Source: Phoronis australis
Lineage: Eukaryota; Animalia; Phoronida
Direction: 5' to 3'
Assembly: GCA_002633005.1 (NCBI GenBank)
Contig: NMRA01000164.1
Coordinates: 496,489 to 560,488 of the forward strand
DNA length: 64,000 bases
The position numbers were made by a program, and so were the translations under genes. Below the pieces are notes generated by a model that saw nothing but the letters and a program-made list of their open reading frames with translations, was not told the DNA's origin and made no database searches. Below, in pieces: positions 38,501 to 50,500 of this stretch (within the stretch, counting starts at the first letter, position 1; each line of letters begins with the position of its first letter).

Positions 38501-41500
38501 TCTTTTCTCATTATGTAAAAACCAAATCCCGGCTTTGTTTTATACCTCCGAAAGAAAGTTAACACTAGTGACATGCATGCCGTTTTGTGACTGAACTATT
38601 TTCCCCATACCTGGAAGGTATTGAGCAAACTTGCCATTACCAGATGGAAACTCGCACGGAGGGAGTCGGGAATTATTTGGAGGCTATTCACTTCATGGAA
38701 AACTAATTGTTGAGTACGTAAACATTTTTGTTGTCAAATTTGCACTGAATTGTTTATTCGATTAAAGCATCGTTTCACGGATTTTTTTCGACAGAAGTTT
38801 TTCAAAGATGAGTTAAGTTGCAAAATGTGGGCTGCGAACAAAAAGCGGAGGGAGTTTGCCCTCGGAGTTAGTTCGAATCTTTAACGACTTTGATGCCACT
38901 CAGTAGCAGGTCAGACCTAGCAAAATCCCGGATACTTTTTCAACGGGCATTTTCTCACTTTTCAAATCGCAAACTTAGCTACTCGAATGCACGTGTCAGT
39001 TAGAGAGCACTAATTCAACTTTCACGTCGGGAACTTGACTTGCGCTCTAGAGACTTTCAATGGTGGTCGTGTAGAACACTAACGCCGTACCTGCATGAAC
39101 GAACTCAAGTCAGTTTTGGGATCTGAAGTTTGTGAGTATTTAACACAGCAGGAAAAAGCATAATCTAAACATTTTCTCAATGATCTAAAATCAATTTTGG
39201 CGCGTAAAAATGGCTGCAAAATTTTGCGACCTGGCATTTATGAATGCCAGCTGGATTTTGGAAATGCGACCTGGGATTCTGGCTAGGTTGCAAAATGCGA
39301 CCTGGCGATTTTAATAGCGTCGAGCCCTGCAAGGGATAATTGTTTGAGCCTGAAGTGCATAATGGACAATATTGGACAATGTTATTTACCGAAAAAAAAA
39401 ATTATTTCGAGTAAAGGCCAAAATACGCGCATATATAGTAATTGACACTGACAACAAAGATGACCATTTAGAGTCTAAGACCGAGTTAAGATTTAACCCA
39501 CATCAGTTGGATGTCCAATAAGATGGCAGCACTAGTATCTTTCACAGACTATCTACTGTATTTACAGATGATAGAAAACAGTAGTTTCAACACCTATGGA
39601 AGAAATGGGTAGATAGTTTTGCATCAACTACATCAATATCTTTGACTATGTGAACTTAATTAGTTTTACAAATGGTGTGGTATATGCAAACAAAAGTGCG
39701 GAGATAAAATCCACTTCTACCTTCCATCTCGTTGTGACTGGGACCTCCCTTCTTGTTGCGTTTGGGAGTCTTCATGAAGAGTGGAAAGACACTGCGTAGG
39801 CCCAAAATGTCAACAAACTTCTGGCAGTTGTCAGCCCCCTCGTTAGATGACATGGCGTGGTCCAGCACCTTGATGGCACTATTACGCGACATCTTCTTTT
39901 CTCTGCAAAGAAACATCGAGAGAGTCACTACTTACCTCAATTTTAGTGACAATATTTTGTAGTATACACACAGGCTTATTTTAGTGACAATATTTTGTAG
40001 TATATTTTCATCAACTAAAAATAACAATAATGTGAAAAGGGTCTATTTTATCAAATGAGGGGTATAACTTATAAAATTTATTGAAGACCTTCTAATTAAT
40101 TTTTTGCAAAATAAAAACAAAACAAAATGACACACTAGGCCCTGTTTTATTTACTTTCATGGACTGCCAATAGGAAACACATTGTCACCTCACATTTCTA
40201 GTTTATTATTCAGCAAAACGAAACCAACCTAAGCATCAGATTCATGAGTTGCAGCCCTTCGCCCTTGAGGAAGCGCTCTCTGTTGGAGGCTAACATCAAA
40301 CACGAACAGAGTGCATTGAACAAGTTTTCCATCATCTCAATCTCCTCTGTGGTTGTTGGATCGTGTCGCTTGTAGGCCTAAACGTACAATCTGAACATTT
40401 TGCATCCTTGTTTTACAAAGTTTGACAACTGATATGAAACAAAGACAAATAGCCCCATCCTGAATTCAACTCTCCTGTTTTGCAAAGTAGAAAACCCCAC
40501 TCTATGACAAGTAAAGAATGGTTGTGCCCCATTCATGTCCCCATTGCAACTCGCACTGCAACATTAAAACTTTATTGTCATTAGATAGAGACGATTGATG
40601 AACTAATTTTTATGCAAGGTAGATAGATACAAAAGCTGTGAACGGTAGTGAGGAAAGTGCCTTATTGATGCACAGCATTATGGGTAAATGCTGAAGAACG
40701 TGAGTGGTATTGTGGTACTCTGGGACACGGCAATTGAAATTATTCACAATTTTCATGCTCAACTATATGAAAGAAATGGCCAAGTAAAAAATCATGATTT
40801 TTGAAAAACTTTCAAGAAAAGGGTTTGTAAAGTTTATATTTAAGAGGCATTATCTGAGAAAACCTGCAAAATTGCAAAATGTTGGCGGAGGCACTTTCAT
40901 CAATTAAGTTGATACTTTGCACACCAATTTGTACTCACACATGAATAACTAAATCACGTCTGTTTTTTATCTGGAGTCATTCTATAAAAAAATAATAAAT
41001 ATCTTCCGTCGTGGTTTTTTTCACACACAGGACAAGAATGTCCAAAAAGACAAAAAGAATGCCAACACTCACAGAGCTGGAAGCCAGTTTGTGACTTTGA
41101 ATGATCATAATTAGTGGAATTGAAGCCATTGCTGTGCTTGGGAATTGATTTCGTTGAGCATCTGTGTGAATTTGTATTTCATCTCGACTTTTTGTTGACG
41201 CNNNNNNNNNNNNNNNNNNNNNNNNNNNNNNNNNNNNNNNNNNNNNNNNNNNNNNNNNNNNNNNNNNNNNNNNNNNNNNNNNNNNNNNNNNNNNNNNNNN
41301 NNNNNNNNNNNNNNNNNNNNNNNNNNNNNNNNNNNNNNNNNNNNNNNNNNNNNNNNNNNNNNNNNNNNNNNNNNNNNNNNNNNNNNNNNNNNNNNNNNNN
41401 NNNNNNNNNNNNNNNNNNNNNNNNNNNNNNNNNNNNNNNNNNNNNNNNNNNNNNNNNNNNNNNNNNNNNNNNNNNNNNNNNNNNNNNNNNNNNNNNNNNN

Positions 41501-44500
41501 NNNNNNNNNNNNNNNNNNNNNNNNNNNNNNNNNNNNNNNNNNNNNNNNNNNNNNNNNNNNNNNNNNNNNNNNNNNNNNNNNNNNNNNNNNNNNNNNNNNN
41601 NNNNNNNNNNNNNNNNNNNNNNNNNNNNNNNNNNNNNNNNNNNNNNNNNNNNNNNNNNNNNNNNNNNNNNNNNNNNNNNNNNNNNNNNNNNNNNNNNNNN
41701 NNNNNNNNNNNNNNNNNNNNNNNNNNNNNNNAGAATTAGCAGCAACAAACATAGTAAACTTACCGCTAACTGCTGCAGTAAAATATCAATGCCATCCATC
41801 TCCGATCCCATGAAATCACGATTGTCTGAAAATGCACAGAATATATACATCAATGCATAACAACAAAGCATGTTTTTGAACTTTGAACTCAGTAACTTGT
41901 AAAATTAGTCAAAGTAACTGTTTTATGCTTGCTCACTTTACTTCAATGTCTAAGATTACAAACACATTCTATAACATAAGCAGAAAGTTAATGATACAAA
42001 TTCACTCCTTTTCTAACTACTAGTTATGTGTAAAGCTATGGGGCTACATCTAAGGTGTGTTCACCAATCTTAGCATCGTAGGAGTGGGGCGATATAAGGT
42101 GAGATCGCATTAGTATTATGCAAGATCTTGGTAGTAACATCGGGAGATATCACTGGACCATTGGTAATAAAAAAAAACATCAATGAAAAGTGACTGGATG
42201 GCAAGTCATGAATAATACCATAGATTTTTTGTATACAAGTCCAGCCGAATATATACCCAATAGGCATGGTTAAACAGCTTTAGTTTCACAAGGAAAGAAC
42301 ACTTAAAGCTAGAGACAGTATTAATGAACCTAGGTGTAAATCTGGATTTTGACTTTTGGTCCCAACAATGCAATATGTCGAATATATGTATCAGGCTTGT
42401 ACACAAACATTTATGCCAGGAGTAAATAGTAAGCAATCATCAAATTCCATAACCTGAGACATAATAACTTGCCATTATTATTTCAGTCGTAATACAAACC
42501 TCAGCGGCTTGACCACATTCCTCAGTGCACTACACCAAAATAGTGCACAACATGTGAATAAGATCATTGCCAATAGTTGACTTACCATCATTATTCTGTA
42601 GTAAAATAGACAGGATCTCACTGGCATACAACTTGTTTTGGTCAAATGGCATCTTGGCCTACAAGAGAGCAATGTGATGGATTTCGGACATAATAAATTA
42701 CCGTATTACAAATACTCTATTCCCTTAGAGAAACAGTTCATTAAAAACACATGGGTTTAAGCTCGGCCTAATTCTTTCCATTTCAAAACATAAAAGCAAA
42801 ATTGGCACTAAAATAGAACACCAGTGGTGCAGTCCTACAAAAAGTTGGGGATGCTGAACATGAAAAGAACCAGAGACTGGCATTATGTTACTTAGTACCG
42901 TAGCAAGATTCGCTCTTTTTGTAAATATAAAAATATAAATCTAGACCACAGTAGGGCAGAAATTTTACTGAAAAGATTGTTACGTGAAGCAGTAAAAAAG
43001 TAAGGAGACTGTGTCCCTTCTCGTTACCCCTCAGCAGCACTCCTAGCAGATCCGTACAATAAGGAAAAGTAGGCAGGTGGCCGTGATGTCTTTAGTGGTA
43101 CACCAGGCGTGCTTAGGCCACATGGTGGTGCCCACTGCACTGATCAACTGAGTATGACTCATGGGGACCCCTGAGCATGAGGTTCTTCATACGTGAAATC
43201 TTGCAATCTACTGTTTTCCCCAGAATTTGGAGACTGGATGTGATCCATAATTTGCCAATATTTCAACATGATTGCAGGAGCATAGTATTTCAAACCCTCA
43301 AGACTGCGCAACATATTTCTTAGGATTTAATATCACTTCTCGAACTTCATCGTGGATTTCTGGAGAAACGTGTTTTTATAGCTTTGAGAGACTGTAACTC
43401 GAAGAGTATTTGTCCTACCTCAATGAAATCTGGCATGTGTATTTGTTGTGACATCATCTAGAAAATGACAGAGGGATTTGTTTGTAACTTGAATACTTTT
43501 TATGCAATACTTGACTATATATCAAAAAAAAAAAATCAATATTCAGAACCCCAAATTTTTGACCACCTCAAAAACGAATGTCATCAAATAAAAAAAAGCT
43601 CTCTGTTATTTCCTAGGAATTTGTATTCTTAACGAGACAAGTTTGAATAAAATATTCATAAAACTTTTTGAGATACAGTATTTCTTACACCACCACTTTT
43701 TTGTTGATTTTCGTCATTTTTGTGGGCCAAAAACTCCCAAAATTTAAATTTTTGCACTTTTTTACAAGTTGTAATGTTTTTTTATCACAGTTAATCATTT
43801 TAAGTTCTTTTTAACTTTCATGTGCTGTTTTTCATTTGCACTGCCAAGTCTGACCTTAAACTACAAGGTGTTATTGACAACCAATTGACCAATGGCGTGC
43901 AATCAACTTGCTATTTTTGATCGCCATACCTTCAATCTTTTTAACAACCACTGCACAAGGGCCTGTTTAGCAATATCGTGACATACTTCTGGTCGAAGCT
44001 CTGTGATGTTCTCAACAATACCTGAAGCAAAAGTAGCATTATTATCACTCCTGGGCAAAAACTTCAAATACAGACACAACTCAAGTTACTGCATGTTTAA
44101 AATAATAAAAAAAAAACATGCAGTTTGACTACAGAACCACTCAATGACAAAATCTTTCATTGCGACATACAGTACAGAGGAGTGGTTCTTGAAAGACAAT
44201 TTTGTCAGTTTCACCACACAGCATTCAAGGATGTGCTTTTTATTTACATTATCCAATCAAAAACAAGAATGGGTGACATAATACCCAATAGTGCGCTAAT
44301 GAAGAAACTGCTCCATTATTATCATCTGAATAGATCAGTTGATTGAGAACTGAAAGCTTTTAATTCACTGGGGGCATTTGTGTAATGAGGGTCCAATGTG
44401 AAAGGAATTTGCATGCATTTCTACAAACAGAACCGTTACTTCACTAATGCCACTAGCTAGTTTCGAGTTCCACGTTGACACTATTTAAAGCTGCAACAAA

Positions 44501-47500
44501 CCCACCTTCTGTCAATAAATAATAACTTTTGATTTAGGCCACTTGGCATTATAAAACTGGTCTCAATTTGTTCCTCGCTCAGAATAGACACTATTCCTGG
44601 GAAAGGGACAAGCTGAAACGTGAAGGCAGGTCTACAGGATCAACAATATCAAGGAGCAATGCACTGACCTAATGAGTTGTGGACCCCGTCAGACTCTTCT
44701 TTCACGCTTTCATCCAGTCGCTCCATGTTCTGGACAAGTAGTGCCACTATTTGTCCATCAAGCTGAAATTCACAACAGGGATTTATTTCATTAATTAAAA
44801 GTGACTTTAAAAGACTGAAATTCAGTCTTAGGCTCCAAACAACTATATCAGGAAAATAGTTAATCTCACTGGAGCAAGAGACTGTGAGAACACACACATA
44901 ACTACTAGTTACTGGGATAATGTCTACAAATTATTTCTATACTGTGATGCACTCATAATTATTTGTCTAAACCATTTTTAGCAATTATGAAGCAGGAGAG
45001 TAAGACCAAATTTCTGTCACTTTTCATGAAACGGACCCTGATCATCTTTGACATGACAAGGCAAATATCTGTCTTCACTTTATTCATTCACAAAGTCATC
45101 CACCCTGCCAGTACTATGGAAATTCTCCACATACCTAGAATACCCGCTGTCACAGCGCCACCTTCAGGGTGTGAGTGACCCTGTGAAAGGATGACAGTCA
45201 CGCAGAGATCCGTGTGTGGGAGACCAGTGCACATGCTTCAGTTTGAATGTTTGCAGTAAATACATGGCTCCGGAATTAGCCGGAAAAATATACTGAACCA
45301 TTCTGCTGTCTTGTTTCATGCCTTAAGTTCTTGAGCGCGTCAAAAAACAAAGAAGTTGTGTTCCATGTACTTAGCCTGTTCTTGTTGCTGTGGCAGCCAC
45401 AAGCCACAGACATTTCTCAATAGATGGCCCAGTACATTTTTGCATTTTTCAACACTGACCAATAGAAATGTCTGAATGTTTTGTGAAGGCAGCCATTGTC
45501 AAAATAACACGAATCACTATACTAGCTGACTTCCCAACCACGCACTCACTAAACCTTGAAACCCCTTCTGCACAATCTTTGATATCTCAGCCTTTACAGG
45601 CATTTTACTGAATGAACGTATTTAAGATCAAGTTACTAAAACGGCAAAAACAGTTTAAAATCATGTTTTGCAAAGAAGCAACGTCCAATGGTCCTACTAA
45701 TCCCATANTCATGCCTTAAGTTCTTGAGCGCGTCAAAAAACAAAGAAGTTGTGTTCCATGTACTTAGCCTGTCCTTGTTGCTGTGGCAGCCACAAGCCAC
45801 AGACATTTCTCAATAGATGGCCCAGTACATTTTTCAACACTGACCAATAGAAATGTCTGAATGTTTTGTGAAGGCAGCCATTGTCAAAATAACACGAATC
45901 ACTATACTAGCTGACTTTCCAACCACGCACTCACTAAACCTTGAAACCCCTTCTGCACAATCTTTGATATCTCAGCCTTTACAGGCATTTTACTGAATGA
46001 ACGTATTTAAGATCAAGTTACTAAAACGGCAAAAACAGTTTAAAATCATGTTTTGCAAAGAAGCAACGTCCAATGGTCCTACTAATCCCATATTACAGAA
46101 AAAGGAGGCCACGGACTCCATGTACTTGGCAAACTGATTGACTTTGGTTACTATCTTGCAAATCCCAGTCACACCCTATGGTCTTCGTAAACTAATGGTC
46201 ATTAGCAGCCTGCTACTACAAGGAAAAGGAAGCCTTATTAACACAGCATAGTCAGCATTATGCCAAGGTAAATATTACTCAGTTAGTGATACCTATCTAT
46301 TGGGGTTCAAGTCTAAAAGAGTGACTGTTGTAATCATCCATTGAATGATCTGGCGGGATGAATCAGTAGTTGCTTAGTTTCAATTTCTTTGTTTGTAACA
46401 CATTTTTTTAATCTAAACATCAAAGAACAGAAATTTGATGTTTATGGCATTGTGCAAAATTCGTGGCTTTTGGAGAAATGTTTTTGGACTTTGTACGGAT
46501 TTCGTGGACCGTGAAAAATCTATATTTCAAATAACTGTTGTTGTCCCAAAATGATGGGTAATCCGAAAACGACGGGATTTTACCCCAACACTGCATAAAC
46601 CCACCAGGGCATCAATGAGGGACTCTGCGCCTTCGTCGCTTTCCGTCACCGTGTCAACATCGGTGAGCTCCTGTATCAGATCTACGACGGCAATGGAGAT
46701 GTCAGTGTTGTCGTGACTCAGTAACTGCAGCAGCGTTTGCACGGCATTCAACTCTGCCAAGATGTGGTACAGGTCTGGCATGGTGGCCACCACATGCATC
46801 TCTTGTATGCTGTCATTTAATTCTAGTTCAGACTCCATAAACCTGAAAAAGCAGATTCACGATACAACTGTGATGATATACTATGTTCACACGGTCAAGT
46901 GTTAAAGGTTTCTGCTGCCACCAATTGGTCATATCAGGAATAATCTCTTGTCGAGCCCAGTTTCAAGCAAAGAAACCAACAATACTCTAAATCAAAGTTA
47001 TTTTTTGCAAAGAAGATTGGTTTATAACACCTTGAAAGCTGTTGGATCAAATTTAACTCAAAAATCTATATATTTTTAAAGTCCGCAAAGATCACAGAAT
47101 CTTATGAGTGCCAAAGTAATGCCCAGATGTTTGCAATATGATTGCTGTTTTTCTCAAACTAGATGAGCTTTTCACAAACATATTTTTTGCATGAAACTCG
47201 CCAATTCTGTTTCTTTGTTCTAATAGCATGTCTGGGATTTTCTTTTAAGGCCTTTTAGCCCAAGAGTCTGAATGTCAAAAGTTAAATATGTTCATATATT
47301 TTTTGACAGTGACAAATTCAAAATTAGCAGGGCTTTTGTGAATAAAGAGTTCAGCATGACTAAAAACAGGGCTTGGAATGACCCATGAAAAAAAAGCGGA
47401 AATTTTTACGGCCCTAAACATCAGGGTTTGGAATGACCAATGACAAAAAACGCAGAAACTTTCACGGCCTTTTTGCCCGACAAAAATCGGTAGGACTAAA

Positions 47501-50500
47501 TAAAAAAATAAATAATAAAAAAAAACGTTACCAACACCAGTAGCATGCGTCTGCGTCTTTTTATATCGTCCATCCACTCCTCCACTCCCACCCCCACACA
47601 TTTTTGGCTGCAGAGCCGTAGTATTTGTCACCGCGGTTTACAGTCACACAAGACGCCATTGAAAATCCCACCACGCTATCCCAGATGCCCCGGCAATGTT
47701 GACAATTTACGTTCCTCCGAAACATAAAGAGCAACTTCCGCTTTTCGAGGTGAACGTCGTCGGCAACGCCGCGGTAAGAAAGGAATTTGCTGCGGAAATT
47801 TTATATCAAATCCCATTTTTTTACGCGGAAATATAATAAAATGCGTGGACAGAACATTTCAAAAAAGCGGAAATACGCGTTTCCGCGGAAAATTCCAAGC
47901 CCTGAAACATGCGCGCACTCAGCCTTGAAAACGGGGGGGGGCTCGAATTTTTGTCGATGTGGACCTTTTGCCGACAAAACATCGGGAGGACTAAAAAAAA
48001 GGTACCACCTCCAGAAGCGTGCGTCTGCGTCTTTTTAGCTCGTCCGTCCACTACCACCTTCACACATTTTTGGCTGCAGAGTCGTAGTATTTGTCACCGC
48101 AGTTTACAATCTCACGACACGCCACTGAAGAAAACCACGCTATCCCAGGTGCCTCAGCAATGATGACAATTTATGTTCCTCCGAAACATAAAGAGCAACT
48201 TTCGCTTTTCGAAGTGAAATTTGCCACGGAAATTTTATATCAAATCCGATTTTTTTACGCGGAAATATTATAAAATACGCGGACAGAACATTTGAAAAAA
48301 GCGGAAATCCGTGTTTCCACGGAAAATTCCAAGCCTGTAAAAAGTATAGTTTGTTTCTCCTCATGCGACTGACCATAAAAAAGTCAGCGACTCAAAACAG
48401 TTTATTTGTAACTTAACAAAAGATTTATTCTTTTTCAATAATAAACTGAAATATTTTTGCAGCAATGAGATGAGCGTCCTAACAATGGAAAACTTAAAGC
48501 TTTGCCCTAATTAGATGCTTAAAAAGGAAATTGAATTAGGCTTACCAAACAGGGCAAGATGCAGCCTCAAACAATTTACTAACTTACCTACCCATCTAAG
48601 AAGAGTGAGTATAGGTCGATGGGAAACAGAAATATTTTAAGACAGACGAGATATGATGACTAAGTATTATAAAATACAACGGAGGCAGCAGAAATTTGTC
48701 ATGAATGTAGTATTACTTTTCAGGAAGGTCAGGAAACTTGATGCGTAGCTCTTGGTTCTTTGACACTTTCTTCTCAAACTGCAAAATCATCCTTTTCAGA
48801 GCAGTTTCATCTAAAGCATCTGCCTACAAAACAGTTATTTGATAAATTGTTACAGGATAACAAAGCATTTGCAAAGCATCTGTGATGCGGCTGTATACTC
48901 ATCTTCCAGATCCAGATTTTGAGTAAGCAGGGGCCGGGGCAGAGTATATAGCCAGGATATTGCTCGTCAGACATTCGCACCCCCGAACCGCCAATGACCT
49001 CCTTGGCCCAGTTAAATCCGCCACTGGTTATTGCTTGAGATCAGGTACAACAACTTAATTTGTCATTTTGTTTGCTTGGTATGGTCTCAACTCTCAGGCA
49101 ATAAGAAACCACTTGTCCTCTGAGTAAAGAACAAGCTTAGACAAGTATCCTCAATCAAAAGTTTGTTTCCTTGATGGAATGCAGGTTGAAAGCAGCTTTA
49201 AGAATAAATAAATTCACATCAAATCATTTTAAAATCTGCTTACAGTACTTAGATCATACAAAAATGTGACTGGTAAAAACAACCCCGTCAAATCAAAATA
49301 AGATGAAGGATTTGTACCTTATGTTTATGGAAATATTTGCTGTTAAAATAACAACCATTCTCTGGAAGTTACATGCATACACCCCATTGGTTACATGCAT
49401 ACACCCCAGTGGTTACATGCACACACCCCAGTATCTAGAGGTGACTTACAGCTGGCTCTCTGTCAACAAGACGGAGAATTTTCTCTTTGTCGTCTTCAAG
49501 TGTCCTTCCAACTTTACGAGGCTGGCGCAAACTGTCTTCACCGTCGTCATCTAAATTCCTCTTCAGGGGTTTGTCGGGCTGTAATACAACCAAACAAGTT
49601 AACAAAAGGTTAGTGATACTACGATTTTAACCAACCACACTACATTACCAACAACTGGGAACCCAACAGGTCGACATTCAAGTTTGGGGCACAGTTGTTA
49701 TGTTCACCGATAGCAATGTTCACCGATAGCAATGTTCACCGATAGCAATGTTCACCGATAGCAATGTTCACCGATAGCAATGTTCACCGATAGCAATGTT
49801 CACCGATAGCAATGTTCACCGATAGCAATGTTCACCGATAGCAATGTTCACTGATAGCAATGTTCACTGATAGTAGTTTAACACAAAGGATCACATTCCT
49901 CTTATCATAAAGTTGTGATCCCTTCACGAAGGGAAGGCGAGTTCTTCCAAAGGAAGGTTCAAATTTCAGTTTCGAGATAAGTCACCGATGCCCATTTGTC
50001 ATTACTCAGACAACTGAATGCAAAGTTGATAGTATACAAGGGGAGATCTTGGCATGTTATCACGAATTTGGTACGAACTTGCTTCAGCAATACACTTTTA
50101 GAGCTGCCAAGAAAAAGAATCGTTAATGGCTAGTTGAACCTTTGTTTCTTAAAAATTTGTGCACACTTCTGTTTCATATGGACTGCTGAAATTGAGGACT
50201 CCTGTCTGAAATTTTAGGCTGTAGACATATCTGCTGATGATCAGAAGAATTGGACCCATATTTCTACCAAATTTTCCCTCATCTGCAACCCCCAGAACAC
50301 TCTATGATGGATACAGCAGCCATGAATTTTTAGTAAGCTGTACACTGAACACGACTGTTTGCGCTACTCAGTGGCAAAATCCTGCGAAGAGAGGTCAAGA
50401 GCTGTTTCATGTTTCTTATCTGTTTAAGTTGAAAATAATCTAATCAACTCATTCTCCAACATCCTTGTCTATTTTCTGTAATAAAAAGGGTCTGTCGACA

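Noticed and set aside
41111-41871. ORFs over 200 aa spanning the N run
   Set aside because: Artefacts of the 530-N gap; only 41764-41825 is a real exon.
43290-43860. Possible Kolobok-like element ending in ACCTTAA
   Set aside because: Only one end is recognisable and there is no matching TIR or TSD.
45316-46092. Apparent ~390-bp tandem duplication
   Set aside because: Single-N junction; most likely an assembly artefact.
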